From Chrysomallon squamiferum (lineage: Eukaryota > Animalia > Mollusca): a stretch of DNA of 64,000 nucleotides. A program made the position numbers and the translations under genes. Positions 13,854-30,145 of this stretch are shown piece by piece. Each line of letters starts with the position of its first letter. The first letter of the stretch is position 1. The notes beneath the pieces are model-generated. The model saw only the letters and a program-made list of their open reading frames with translations. It had not been told where the DNA came from and ran no database searches. Location: the NCBI GenBank assembly GCA_012295275.1, contig CM022672.1, forward strand, positions 9,114,001 to 9,178,000. Direction: 5' to 3'.

Positions 13854-15768
13854 AAGTTTCTTTCATGGACTGTTTTTTATTTATATACATATGTGCATTC
13901 ATGTATATATGTGTATAAAGTAAAGATATACATATATAAAATGAAAATGAATAAATAAATAGATGCATACATGCATTCATGTATTCATACATAAATACAT
14001 TAATAAAATAATATAAATACACATGATCTGAAGGAGAAAATATTTTTAAAAATTCAAATATAAAATAAAAATAATATTTCACTGCAATTCAGTATTAAAA
14101 TTTAATTTTGTTTTTTTTTTTTTTTTTTTTTTTTAGTTTGCTGTAATAAAAATTATAAAGGTTTCATTATATTTCTACAAAACCAGATACTATTTGATTT
14201 TTTACATTATACAATAATAATATATACATTAAAAAGAAAAATTCATTAAAATTAGATGAAGAAATAATAAATTTAAAAAAACAAAAAATTCACAAAATAT
14301 ATCATTTTGAAACAACAGCAAATAATCATATATATATCTACATACACACACATGCAGATACATATATTCATATACATATAATATACAAATGTATGTATAT
14401 AATTAGTTGATAAACAAAATATATGGTTATTATTTACAAGGATCTTGCTCTTCCCATCATTTCTGCAAGACTAAAATTCTACTAAAATACTTTAATTTCA
14501 TAAACTAATGAAACAAATGAAAATAACAATAACAATAAGTAAATAAATATAAGAAAGGAGTCAAAAATAAATATTAACATTATGAATCACAAATATAGAA
14601 GAAAAATTATGGGTTTTTTTTTAAAATCTATTATTATTTTTTTTTTCTTTAACGATCTCCCGTCATCATTTTCAAATATTTATCCTGTTTGAATTTATCA
14701 CTAAAACTCTCCAGAGAGGGTCAGAATGGAGCTCGTTAAGACTAAACTCTCAATTCCACTCGCAGTCATGTAAGAGAAATAACGGGACGAACCTTTATTA
14801 TCACAGAGCGAGCGATTCGAATCAACTTTTGCCCATTCAGTTTGTGCGATTTTCCGATTAAGCAAACTAAATGACCATTCTTTAATTAAAATCGGTTCAA
14901 ACGCTGTTTGCTGTTTTATGACTCCCCCATCTTTCCGTGTGACACTGCCTGCCACGGAGACTAGAATAAGCTGAGAGTTTAATTGGAAATCAATGAAGCG
15001 GGAGGCACTTGTTCTTCTTCCTGATCTTTCATCAAAACCTTTTCTTGATCTTTTTTCCATTGAGCTTTTCCCTCCTTACACCGTCACAAATTGACCACAT
15101 TTACTGGCACTTATTTACAGCAAGTGTTTGGGGGGGGGGGGTCGTTTACACGGACGTTTTCTCGGAAATGTTTACCCAAATTGGTGTCATCTTGGTGTTT
15201 ATCAAAGGCAATTTGGCAGACAGAATGAATCGTATAGAAAATTAATTAAGAATTATAGCTGTTTGTCGTTGCCTGATGTATTAAACTGCATTAATCGAGA
15301 TGTTTGGGTGATAGTATTGTGTTTAAACGACGGTTAGGTTATTTATGCTATATTATACATTAACACATATACACACACACAAACTGTAGTTTATCAAACA
15401 TTTATTTTCTATAGAAGTCAATAATAATAATGATCATAATAATAAACCGAGATTTCAAAATCAGAAATTTAAATCGCGGATCTTTATTTCAATATTTTTA
15501 ACGTTATATTTTATTCTATTTATTCATCATCATCATTATCATCATCATCTTAGTATTATTTTTCTTTTTACTGTTATTATTATTCTATTTTTGATAATGA
15601 TAAATATATTATTACATTATAAGTTAATTAACTTGCAATGAATACTGAGCTTTTGCTTTCTTATTCCATCTAGATTTTCAATTTATTTATGATGGTGATG
15701 ATGATGACAATAAAATGTAAAGAATGGTGTACAAGAAATATATAGCTGAAATCAGCTTCATTTTACTC

Positions 15769-15814
<46 letters not shown>

Positions 15815-15942
15815 CAAAAATATTACAAAAAATAAATAAATAGATAACTCCTCAAAATAACACACAAAAAAAATAAAAAAAATAAAAACAACAAAAATGT
15901 GACTGAGTGAATGCAATTAAACAAACAAACAAACAAACAAAT

Positions 15943-16005
<63 letters not shown>

Positions 16006-16065
16006 GTAATAATAAACAAAAATATAACAAAAAAATAATATTAATAATATTAATAATAATAATGC

Positions 16066-16128
<63 letters not shown>

Positions 16129-16543
16129 CACGAAATCAACCAAACAAACAGGAAAGTTTAAAATCACAGCAAATAAACTGAACAAATAACTATACAAACA
16201 AACAAACAAAGAAAAAATAATATATAAATAAATAAACAAATACTAACAACCACGGTATCGCTGAATCAAAAGTATATAATTTTATATTAATTTGATGTAA
16301 TCTTTATCATTTATGATCGCATAACCAGTATTATAATATATATTTTTTATATTTCTTGTTCGAATATATATATATATCTTAGTACTCTGAATTAATGAAT
16401 GATTGTAGCATTACATTTTAAATTTATATTCAAAATGCTAAATAAAAATGATGAATATAATAATAACGGTTTTGATCATCTTAAATAGAAACCAATTTGG
16501 GGATCTGAACTGAGATATGCTTCATTATTATTATTTATTTATC

Positions 16544-16578
<35 letters not shown>

Positions 16579-16708
16579 GTTGTTGTTGTTGTTGTTGTTG
16601 TTGTTATTATTGTTGTTGTTGTTATTATTATGATTATTGTTATTATTGTTATTATTGTTATTATTATTATCATTGTTGTTGTTCTTTTTATTAGCATAAT
16701 AATAAAAA

Positions 16709-16758
<50 letters not shown>

Positions 16759-16844
16759 CATTATTATTATCACTATTATACTGTACGACCTTCTAAATGC
16801 TTAACCTAGCTTACACTCGATAACCATTTCACATTATAAGAAAG

Positions 16845-16889
<45 letters not shown>

Positions 16890-16939
16890 AAAGGAAAAAT
16901 CTAATAGAAAATAATAAAAAAAAGAAAAAAGAAGAGGAT

Positions 16940-17500
16940 ATCGTATACAGCTTGGAGTGTTATCCGGCTATCGGGTTCGTGTTATTACGCGGTAATAGCA
17001 TTATTTTCAATTTCGTGCCGGCTGATCAAGGAAAGGATTTTCAAAACGACTGCAAGTATCGGACGCGATTACAGTGATCGCAATTTAATTAAAATGGAAA
17101 TCGCACTCATCAGCGGATACATTTTTCTGTCCTAAAACATTCCCATGCCCTTCTCTGTTTGCGGCTATTGTTCGCTAATTAAATACTCTTTAATTCCCGC
17201 TGTTGGCTAGGTGGCGCGCTGTGGAAATGGCAGAAGGCAATGCAATTAGCCGCGCCTCTCGCACGGATTTGAGACTCCGGTTAGCGCCAGGTTATAATCG
17301 ACAAGAAGAGCGTCGGGATTAATTTAAGGATTTATGTCATAATTAATACGGTTTTTCTCGAATATTGCCGATAAATTGCATTAGATGTGTGAATGCCTGT
17401 AGCGAGAGCGTGTGCCGAGGACAGAGCCTGATCACGTGACAGCGCACGAGGCGAAGCCAGCATATGCTGAGTACGAGGGTGTTAACAGAAGCGAATGTTA
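16940..17500. promoter_or_regulatory. Candidate downstream enhancer/conserved non-coding element
   Basis: CpG-rich complex island between simple repeats with dense TAAT/TAATTA homeodomain cores, ATCACGTGAC and a CTCF-like GGCTAGGTGGCGC. No credible ORF. Confidence 0.45.
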
Positions 17501-17596
17501 CAGAAAGAAAGACATTCATTTTAGGAGGAGGAGGAGAATAGGAGTAAAAGCTACATCGTCGACAGTGATGACGACGTCAGCAACAACAGCAGCAAC

Positions 17597-17637
<41 letters not shown>

Positions 17638-17724
17638 AATAATAATAATAATAATGAAGATGAAAATACTGATGATAATAATAATATTGATTATATTCAT
17701 GACAGTGAAAATGATAATTATACC

Positions 17725-17785
<61 letters not shown>

Positions 17786-18164
17786 CTACTCTAAGGCCAC
17801 TTATACAAACTTATTTTACTATAATGGTTCTGTTGAAGAAACTGAGTACACTTTAAACTGAGAAGTAAATTCTTTTCTTCAGCGTGTCAAGGGTTAACAA
17901 TACAATATAACACTGGTGTACTGACATAAAAGATTTATGAATTAACTTTGAGACTGTTTCAGTGAAATGTGCAGAAAAAAAACAAACCAAAAAACAACAA
18001 CAAGGAAAAAACAACAACGTATAAATCGAGTAATAAATTTCGCCTTTGTTTTAAGTTATAAATCTAACAACAGTTACGTAGAACGTGCAAATATATTGAG
18101 TTTCACGTAATGGAACGTAAACTTATTAGAGATAAAATATTAGTGTCTTAGTTTAAATACATTT

Positions 18165-18166
<2 letters not shown>

Positions 18167-18253
<87 letters not shown>
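18167..18253. repeat. (TG)n microsatellite
   Basis: Pure run. (CA)n runs also at about 9616-9655 and 46461-46503. Confidence 0.97.
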
Positions 18254-18256
<3 letters not shown>

Positions 18257-18738
18257 GACAGAGAGATAGACAGGCAGACAGACAGACACAAACGTATATA
18301 TATATATGCACGCAGAAAAAAACATGCACACAATGTATTTAAAAAAATATATATATATGTATTTTTTATTTACTGAAAACATTTTACTTAGTGACTCATT
18401 CATACAGTAATTAATTTATTCATTCATATGTTTCTTCAGTATTAATTCGTTCATTATTTTTATTTGTTTACTGTTATTAATTTATTTTTGTTTATTATTT
18501 GTTTAGTTGTTTGTTTATTTACTATTTATCCGCTGGGAAAATCAAGAGAAAAAATAAAAAAAAAAAAAAAAATTCATTTTGTTGTTTTTTTTTATTTTTT
18601 TATTTTTTATTTTAAAAATTATATTTATTATAATAATTTAAAATACGTATTCATCTTATTTTATCATCTTTATAATTAATGTAGGTATAGGAGTATATGT
18701 AGTGTTAGCAGGAACTTTAGTAGTAGTGACAGCAGCAA

Positions 18739-18771
<33 letters not shown>

Positions 18772-19179
18772 CAGTAAGTATTAAGCGAAGAAATGACAAT
18801 AATAAATAAGCACGTTATCATCAATAAAAAAATTACACAAAGAGATAAACAAATTTAAAAAAAAAGTATTAATGATTAATGATAATGATGGTGTTGATAA
18901 ATTTAATGATGATGATGATAATATCAATAATTATTATAATCATGTTGTTGATAGTAGTAATAATATTTGTACTACTACTTCTACTACTACTACTACTACT
19001 AATAATAATAATAATAAAAGAGTAGTAGTAGTAGTAGTAGTTGTAGTAGTAGTGATTGTTGTAGGAATAATAGTAATAAATATTAACGAATAAAATAAAT
19101 ATATTTTATGCATTTCTCTGCTTACACAATTATAAAATTAAAAGCCGCTAGAAAATCGAAGTGCAGTTTTAATTAGTAA

Positions 19180-19222
19180 AAAAAGACAAACAAATCACGT
19201 GTTTGATATTTATACTTTTAAT
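19180..19222 (-). terminator. Candidate polyadenylation signal of Nkx1
   Basis: ATTAAA (19222-19217) followed about 20 nt later by GU/U-rich GTGATTTGTTTGTCTTTTTTT. A proximal AATAAA also exists at 19836-19831. Confidence 0.4.
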
Positions 19223-19554
19223 TAATAAATATATTCAGAACGAATATTTATATACAATATATACATCATAATCTACAAACTAAGTACATGATAAACACAG
19301 TACAGAAAGCACGTTGTTGGTGCTTGTTTCAAAGATCCGAGAAATTCGAGTTTTGTAAGTCATGTATTGTGTAGCACTACTCGCTCCTAAACTGATTTAG
19401 ACAACTGAAATTAAAATTAGTGATCTTTAAAACTCTTAAACAAGTAATCTTTAAACTATAATTAATTTTAATGCAGGGTCAGTAAACGAAAATCTTTTTC
19501 AGTATGAAAGAAATTATTAAAAAAAAAAAAAATCTTACCTCAAAAAAACCCCCC

Positions 19555-19606
<52 letters not shown>

Positions 19607-19867
19607 TTTTAAACTGAAATTTTAGTTAAATTTTGGCAATAAAATTTTAAAAACATTTCTGAGATATGTTTGAAATAAACTTTTAAGAAGTAAAAATGAA
19701 GTATCATTATCTCATTAAGACTAGAACAAAAAGTGACAAATAAAATATAAAAATTTCGATGAATTACGACATAAAAATAGTTCACTAAGAAAGAAAGTTT
19801 GTCTCTTTCTTCACAAACAGTTCATAATGTTTTATTGTTTTGTTTTTTCTTATTGCGTAATTACATG

Positions 19868-22992
<3,125 letters not shown>

Positions 22993-23515
22993 CTAAATCA
23001 GTAAATTTATCTTCAGCAGCTGAAGAACATCTACTGTAGGGGTGCCACATTCTGGAAACTGATCTTCCTTTAAATTTATCTGGATCCAGTATATCTGCCA
23101 CACTGAACGGCGTTGTCGACGTTTTAACAACGTCGTGATTTTCTCTCCTAGGACCACACGCTAGGGAGACCGCACTGTTTTTGTTCGTACCCGTAACAGG
23201 GGCGGAAGAAGCACAGTCCTGGATGCTGACGATATTTTCCTGATTCTTTTTACAGTCAGACTTAGAGTCTACATTTGTGTTATTTATGCTTGTGTCATTT
23301 TCAGAATATTCTGAAGACGACGATGACGATGACGATGATGATGATGTTGACGATGACGATGACGGATTTTCGCGATGCCGCGTAATATCGGGGTTCCCAG
23401 TCACCATTTCGTAAATAATTTCCTTCATGTGACAGTCTCCGTGCTTCGTGAAGTCTGTAGCAGACATGTTCACTTCAAGAACATTTACAGAACGCGCGTC
23501 TCCCGTTTCTTCCAT
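22993..23515 (-). CDS. Nkx1: NK1-class homeobox transcription factor, coding exon 1 (MEETGDARSV...FSVADILDPDKF...KFTDL)
   Basis: First in-frame ATG at 23515-23513 (alternative ATG at 23467). eh1/TN-type motif TPFSVADILDPDKF is typical of NK1 proteins. Ends at donor AG|GTAATT (exon end 22993, phase 1), in frame with exon 2. Confidence 0.88.
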
Positions 23516-23699
23516 ACAACAGCGACTTCTGCTGCTACTCCGAACCAAACACAAACAGAAAAATGAAGAAGAAGAAAAAAAACCCAACGAAAACACACAA
23601 CCCACACCGTCCGCTTGTGGGGTAACTTTAGCAAGCACGATGTCAAGTGGGTAAAGAAAACTTTTCAACTGACGCCGTTTATTTCTCAGCGACACATAC

Positions 23700-24060
23700 T
23701 GCTCGTGAAAAACTATCAGTCCATTGCTAACGAATGAGGTTATCAAGTTGCGAAGCCGTTAATAGGATCAGTTCAGTTATAAATATCAGTGACAAGTCGA
23801 AGCAAACATTGCACTGTCTTTCCCCCAACAAAGCATCCTCGAGAGCACGAGAAGAGGGAGACGCGCATGCGCGGCGCCGCCTATTAAGACGTCGAACGAA
23901 GCCAGTGGAAACCGACACTGCCGTCAGAATGTTAGCTCCGCCCACCGCGAGGGAACTCGACAAATAATCACTTGAGACGTGATATATACACTGGTAATCA
24001 ATTTCACACACTTTCTTTGTAATAAAGCGAAGCAAATTAGCAAAGGCGTACCCTTTATTA
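23700..24060 (-). promoter_or_regulatory. Putative Nkx1 core/proximal promoter and 5' leader
   Basis: Local GC/CpG-rich patch upstream of the ATG. Perfect palindrome CGCGCATGCGCG (23862-23873, NRF1/ewg-type site), TATA-like TATTTATAA on the minus strand (23778-23786), NK2-type TCAAGTG (23969-23975). The TSS cannot be determined from sequence. Confidence 0.55.
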
Positions 24061-24068
24061 TTATGTGT

Positions 24069-24260
24069 ATAATTGAGAGCTGATATAAGGGCATAAGGTA
24101 ACAGCATACTAGTAATTAAAATTTAATTTTAAATATTTGCAAAACGTGAATAACTGAGAAGGTAATAATCATAAGGGCATATGCTAACAACGTAATAGTA
24201 ATAAAAATTAATATTAAGTATTTGCAAAAGCATATGTAACTGACAGGTTAATATTGAGGA
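24069..24260. repeat. Diverged ~85-bp tandem duplication upstream of the Nkx1 promoter
   Basis: ATAAGGGCATA at 24085-24095 and 24171-24181, each followed by TAACA..TAGTAAT.AAA..TATTTGCAAAA..TAACTGA. Confidence 0.8.
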
Positions 24261-24345
24261 ATAAAGTAAAATAATACTAATTAAATTTAGACGATAATAA
24301 ATATACATGTATATAAATAATAACATATATATATATATAATTTAG

Positions 24346-24393
24346 TTATTTAAATATTTCAAATTATATATATAATTTGAAATATTTAAATAA
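24346..24393. repeat. Perfect 48-bp palindrome
   Basis: TTATTTAAATATTTCAAATTATATATATAATTTGAAATATTTAAATAA equals its own reverse complement. Confidence 0.95.
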
Positions 24394-27300
24394 TAAAAGG
24401 GAAGCAATGACTGTTTGAAGTCAGCATTTACTTCATTGATGATTTATTTTTATTCTGGTCTCGAAAATGGATTAAAATGATATTCCTAACAAATAATTTT
24501 GACGGTATAGATATAAAAGAGAGGATAATTACATAAAAAATAAAACAACAACAACAACAAAAAAACCAAAATAATAATAAAAAAAAAAAAAAAATAAATA
24601 AAATAAAATAAAACCAAACAAACAAATAAATAAATAATAAAGCAAACAATAGAGAAATAAATATATAAAGCAAAATAAAATGGTTTCATAAATTAATATT
24701 CAGCTTTTAGAACAAAAGAGAAGAAACAACTGGTTATTTATTTTGCTTGTTCTTTCATTTTAGGGTTTGATTTTATAAATTTTTTAAAAATAAATTATGT
24801 AACCTTACATAATTTTTATTTGTATCCGTGTATTGTTCTGAAAATGAATAATACTGGGCTATATCAACTAAATGTATCTGTTTAGTTGTTTATTCAATGT
24901 TTAATAAGAATATTTATTTAAGTCAGTGTTAAATTAAAGGGAATCATGTCTCAAGTATATTTTCTGAACTTATTATAAAGTTCACACCTATTCTCACATA
25001 CGTGAACATAAAAGATTTTGTGGCATGGGACATTTTCACATTGACTTCTTTTTCATTATTGTTAGGATGTGATAGTCAAAATCAGATACTTCCCTGTTTG
25101 TAGAACAAACCTTGAATTTTTACTACAAACTGACCAATTAAACAGTTTATGAAGAAGCAAAAAAAACAAAAAAAAGAAACAGAAGAAATATATATATAAA
25201 CCCTTCAAAATCCCCAAACAAGAAACAAAAACCAATTCCCTCTCTCTGTCGAAAAAAAAAAAAAAAAAAATTAAAATTAAAAAAAAGTAGTAGAAGAAGA
25301 AGACTAAAAGAGTAAGAGTAGTAATAATTCTTGTTGTAATAGTAGCAGTATTATTATCATTTAGTAATAATATTAGGCTAAACAATAATACAATAAAAAC
25401 GAAAATAACAACAACAATAACATAAAAATAATAATAACAACAACAATAATAATAATAAAAAATAATAACAAAAACAGTCATTCAATCAAAAAAAAAAAAA
25501 AAAAAACAGTAACAACACTAAAACGATAACAATTACAACAACAACAACAACAACAGCAATTACCACTACAACAGTATTTTCCAGAACTTGCAAGAGACGT
25601 ATTAAAAACAAAAGAATCACCCGTAGACACAGATAATTAGACGCACACGTGTATAAACGTCGGTGTAAAGAAAATGCAAATCTCCTGCAGAGTCGAGACT
25701 TTGATTGGCTCTGTTCTTGTCATTATTGTAGAGAGATATCCTCCACAGTGTTTGGTAACATCTAAATAAAGATAATTAGAGGCCTCCGTTAGAACGCGGT
25801 GGTGAATTTACACGAGGGGATCACTGTGTAAGAAGCTAACTGTGTGGGCCCAGATAACTCCCTAGTGGAGGATCGCGTGGACTTTGTTGATGCAGGCAGT
25901 TTAGAAATAATAAAATAGAAAGACAGGAAAGGAAAGAACAAAGAACCGAAGGAGGAAAGAGAGAAAGATAGAATGATGAAAGAAACAAAACGAGGAGGAA
26001 GTAGGAAAGAAAGAACAGAAGGAGGTAGAAAATAGTTTTAAGTAATGTTTATTTTTGTAATTTAAATTATATTACAAAAAAAAAAAAAAAAAAAACTGGC
26101 AACGAAACAGAGGCGAAATAAATAAATAGATAAGTAAATAAAAATGTAAAATGAAAAATAATATAACAAAAATGAATTAAAAGGAAGAGGTGGAATAGAG
26201 AATAAATAACACGGAATTTAAATAAGAAAGAAGGTAGTTCCTTATCAAATTAAATATAAAAGCCATTTTTTGAAAGTTATTGAAGTTAAATCTCTCTCTT
26301 TTTAGCATAGCATTAATAATGATGATGTTGATAATAATAATAATAACAACAACAACAACAACAATAATAATAATAATAATAATAATAGTAATAATAATAA
26401 CAATAATAACAATTACAACTTCACAAAAAAAAATTACCACTATCATTATCATTTTTAATTCCGTCAGTATAACAAGATTAATTACAACAAATATTTTTTT
26501 TTTTATAAAAAAACATCACACTATAACAAAACAGTACCCAAAACTCCACTATAACAAAATTAAAACATAGCGAAACAGTCTGAACCTGATTTCCAGTACA
26601 CGTGGTCTCCTCATTACTTCTATTGTAGAAATTCTTTTAAACAGATATCTACGAGGTTTTCTAATAAGTGGCGAAATCGGCAATTTTCTGCTACATGTCA
26701 TCGCGTGTAGATAAGATGGGGCTGTGGGGAGACTTTGTTATCGTAATAGGTCACGCCTCCTGGAAACGGCATACGCAGTTTAATATATAAAATGTCTAGG
26801 GCAGTATCTAAATGGAGTTGATGTATCAGTAAAAATGCCACACGCGTGTTGTCAAATATTTCTCTTCCCCAAGCAATTTGTTTTATAGATGATGTGTTTC
26901 TTTAATTATCAGTGTTCAAACTTAAGTTTAATTATTAGTCAGTATGTGAGAGTGTACACATATGTTTGAAATTGTCTGTAAGCATTTGTTTCGGCGTTAG
27001 TGCACGACTGTGTTGTGATAATTGGTTTGTGGAATTACACAGTTAAAGGTAAAATTTATTTAATGTTGTCAAATTATTTTAAAAAATATATATATGTATC
27101 TGAATATTTATTTTCAGAGTTTTTTGTTTGGCAGTTTTAAATCAGCAAAGTTAACATTTTTGATATAGTTTTTACAGAACAAAGATCAGTAAAGTAATAC
27201 ATCACACATATATATACATACATACATACATACATACACATACATATATATATAGATAGATACATACATAAATAAACAGTAAGTAAGTATATGTAACTGG

Positions 27301-28034
27301 CAATAAGAGAAAGGAACAAGAAAAAATAAATCAAATAAAGAACGAAAGAAAAAAAAGAGTGAAAGTAAAAAAAAAGAAGAAATAATGACAATGAATTAAA
27401 TACAAAATATAAAAGAATGAAAGAACAAATAAAGGAAAAAAAAACTCAAACGCAAATGAAATAATACTTTAACTGTGTAAATATAATTCCTTTAAAAATG
27501 TCTGAGCTTTTACGCATATACTAGTTTTCACTAGTAATTACATTACATTAACTTTTCCTCAAAACGTCGACACATTTAACTGTCTGTTTAATAACACTGT
27601 CAACACGTGCTCATTCTGAGTTCGCCAGAAGAAAAAGCCCAGCTCGTGCTGCCCGTGCTGCCTTCTGCGACCACCATGAGTCCTTGACAGACAGAATCAA
27701 GATGAAGGGATGCACACCGCAGGTGATCCCTAAAGGGCTTCATTTAGCGCTGTACAATTAGCAATAAGTTTCCTAGAGTAACGCCACTTGTCATCAGCAG
27801 ATAGCACGTTGGTATTGGCACGATGGTGTCAGCGTCTTATCTGGGACAAGGTAATTACGATATTTCCCAACAGAAACATTTATATAGCCACGTGTTAGTC
27901 AGTGATGAAGATGTTAATTAGTTTTGAAAGTGAAAGAGGAATTCTGAAAGTTAACAAAATCTTCTGGCATATTTTTGTGCTTGTCCATGGTGAAATCAAG
28001 AAAAAAAAAAAAGTTTCTAAACTGAAAGTAAATA

Positions 28035-28492
28035 ATTGTCATTTGTTTAAAATAATCTCAACACTAAGCAGTGTAAATAGTTTTAGATGCCAGTCTTGTA
28101 TGGTGAAAACACCAAAGATAAAAAGATGGTTTACCATTTCATAAGCCACTGTTAAATACTAGCAGAAAGAGTCTTTCATTTGTACGTTCCCTTAAAGAGT
28201 AAAACCCATAATAATGCATATAGTAAATATTCATAGGTAACTGGAATTATGACACGAACGATACAACCAACAAAAAATATTTTATTTGCAGCATCCCGTA
28301 GGAGACAAAGTCAGCATCTCGGCCTCTGACAAACCAGCGCAGGGAACTGACTTTACTGGAAAGATGCAGAGGAGTATTAAAAACTGATAGGGCGGACGAA
28401 GATCGTCACAAGATTCGAACCCTTGTCCTCCTAAAAACATATCTACGAAAGTCCAGTATTTCGCCTTACCTTATATCTCAGACCACTGCGTC
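28035..28492 (-). mobile_element. Decayed tRNA-derived SINE remnants (head+core, then a second core+tail; MetaSINE-like)
   Basis: Minus-strand A-box-like GCAGTGGTCTGA (about 28489-28478) and B-box GGTTCGAATC (28421-28412). Core motifs GGGATGCTGCAAATAAAATA (28297-28278) and GGGAACGTACAAATGAAAGACTCTTTCTGCTA (28191-28160). Family assignment is from recollection, not a search. Confidence 0.55.
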
Positions 28493-28739
28493 TTGATTTA
28501 ATAAAAAAAAATAGACATGAGACCTAATATGATAAAAAAATCGAATGCATAATTTATAATATAAGATGTTATCTTTATTTGTACTTGGATTATGACATTT
28601 AAGATTTAAATACATGAATATAAGACCTTTAACCTGGGTCTTGGAGTTTAATGGAAAATCATAAAAAAAGAAAATATATTTTCATTGCTTCTTTTTAATA
28701 GTAGACAGCTCTTAGCTCAAATTTCCATTGCAGTTTCTG

Positions 28740-28830
28740 CTTTTTATCTTCTTTACGAAATATTTTACTGTTTATGGTAAGGTACATGTAAAAGATCATT
28801 TATTATTAGGTTATTAGTTGATAGACTGAC
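28740..28830 (+). mobile_element. Highly decayed SINE core remnant
   Basis: GGTAAGGTACATGTAAAAGATCATTTATT (28776-28804) aligns by eye to the other core copies in the window. Confidence 0.3.
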
Positions 28831-30073
28831 GAAGAGATAATATCATTACACAAGGAAAGTTTCCTTGATAATTCATAATCTCTAGTATTAAAACATAATG
28901 AGATATTGTTAATTAAGTTGTTCAGGAAAGTCATGCTATAGAGCTTTACAAAAAACAAACAAACAAAAAAAAAAACATTTGTTGTGAAATAGAGAATAAT
29001 CATTAAGTTTTAGTCACTTTACTTTGACTTTAAAATATATAAGAGATGGCCGATATTTTTTTCTTTATTTTCAAAAATACTTATTTATTTATTTGTTTGC
29101 CTTTTTTATTTATTCTTTCGTTTATTTGTTCATTTGTTTTGTTTTTTTAATAAATTTACTTTTCTTTTCTTTGTGAGGGTTAAGAGGATTTAGTTCTTCT
29201 GCGGTTAAAGTGACATTTTCTACTTACAAGCGAATATATACGACGGGGTAAACAATTAAGTTGCTTCTCCCATTTTCCTCCACTTACGAAAAAAAAAAAA
29301 AAAAAAAAAGGATATGATTAAGTACGGACGTCTCATATTATGTTACTGATAATTCTTTGCGATTACTGAAACTCACATAACAAAAACACTTTTTAAAAAA
29401 TTCATGAGAGCTAGTTTTCTGATTAAACTAAACGATTTTTTTTTTTTTTTTTTTTTTTCACGAAACTTCCCAGACGGTATTTAAGTACACCTTCCATACT
29501 ACCCCAGCGTTGCGATCATTTAATAGAAGATTAGTAATTTAAGTCGCCTTGATGAGTACACGGTAAGAAACTCAAATCTTCCAGTTGTGTCGGTAATGAG
29601 AAAGACAAACAGAGCTGGCCGCCAGGGGCCACCCGTGAACCAGCGACAGCTTCTCAGCTCGCTCGTGTTTTTTAACTGACGTAGTTGTCAGTAAAGTCCC
29701 CCATTGTTAGCGTGTTTTGATTTCCCTAACAACATTGTTGTCGTCACGCCAGCAAAATGCAAATATTTGACAGCAAGCTCATATGACACCAAATTAATTG
29801 TTTGGGCGGGAATATGACTGGGAAGCGACACCGTAGTATAATCTGTATTAGTCGCGTGAACTTGATTATATTATTGCTGCGAGTTGGCCCCATAAACATC
29901 CATCCCGTAACCTCTACCCGAACGAGCGAATAGTGTGTTATTTTGATACAGAGGGTATACAGTACAGGAAGGAAAAGTGTACCTTGTCGCATACTAATGA
30001 CTGAGAATCATATTGTACACTGTCATGTATTTGCTTTGTCTTGTATTTCTTTCTTTTCTTTTCTTGTTTCTCT

Positions 30074-30145
<72 letters not shown>

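Noticed and set aside
28400-28492. Functional tRNA gene
   Set aside because: B-box present, but no acceptor-stem pairing or cloverleaf is evident; better explained as a SINE head.
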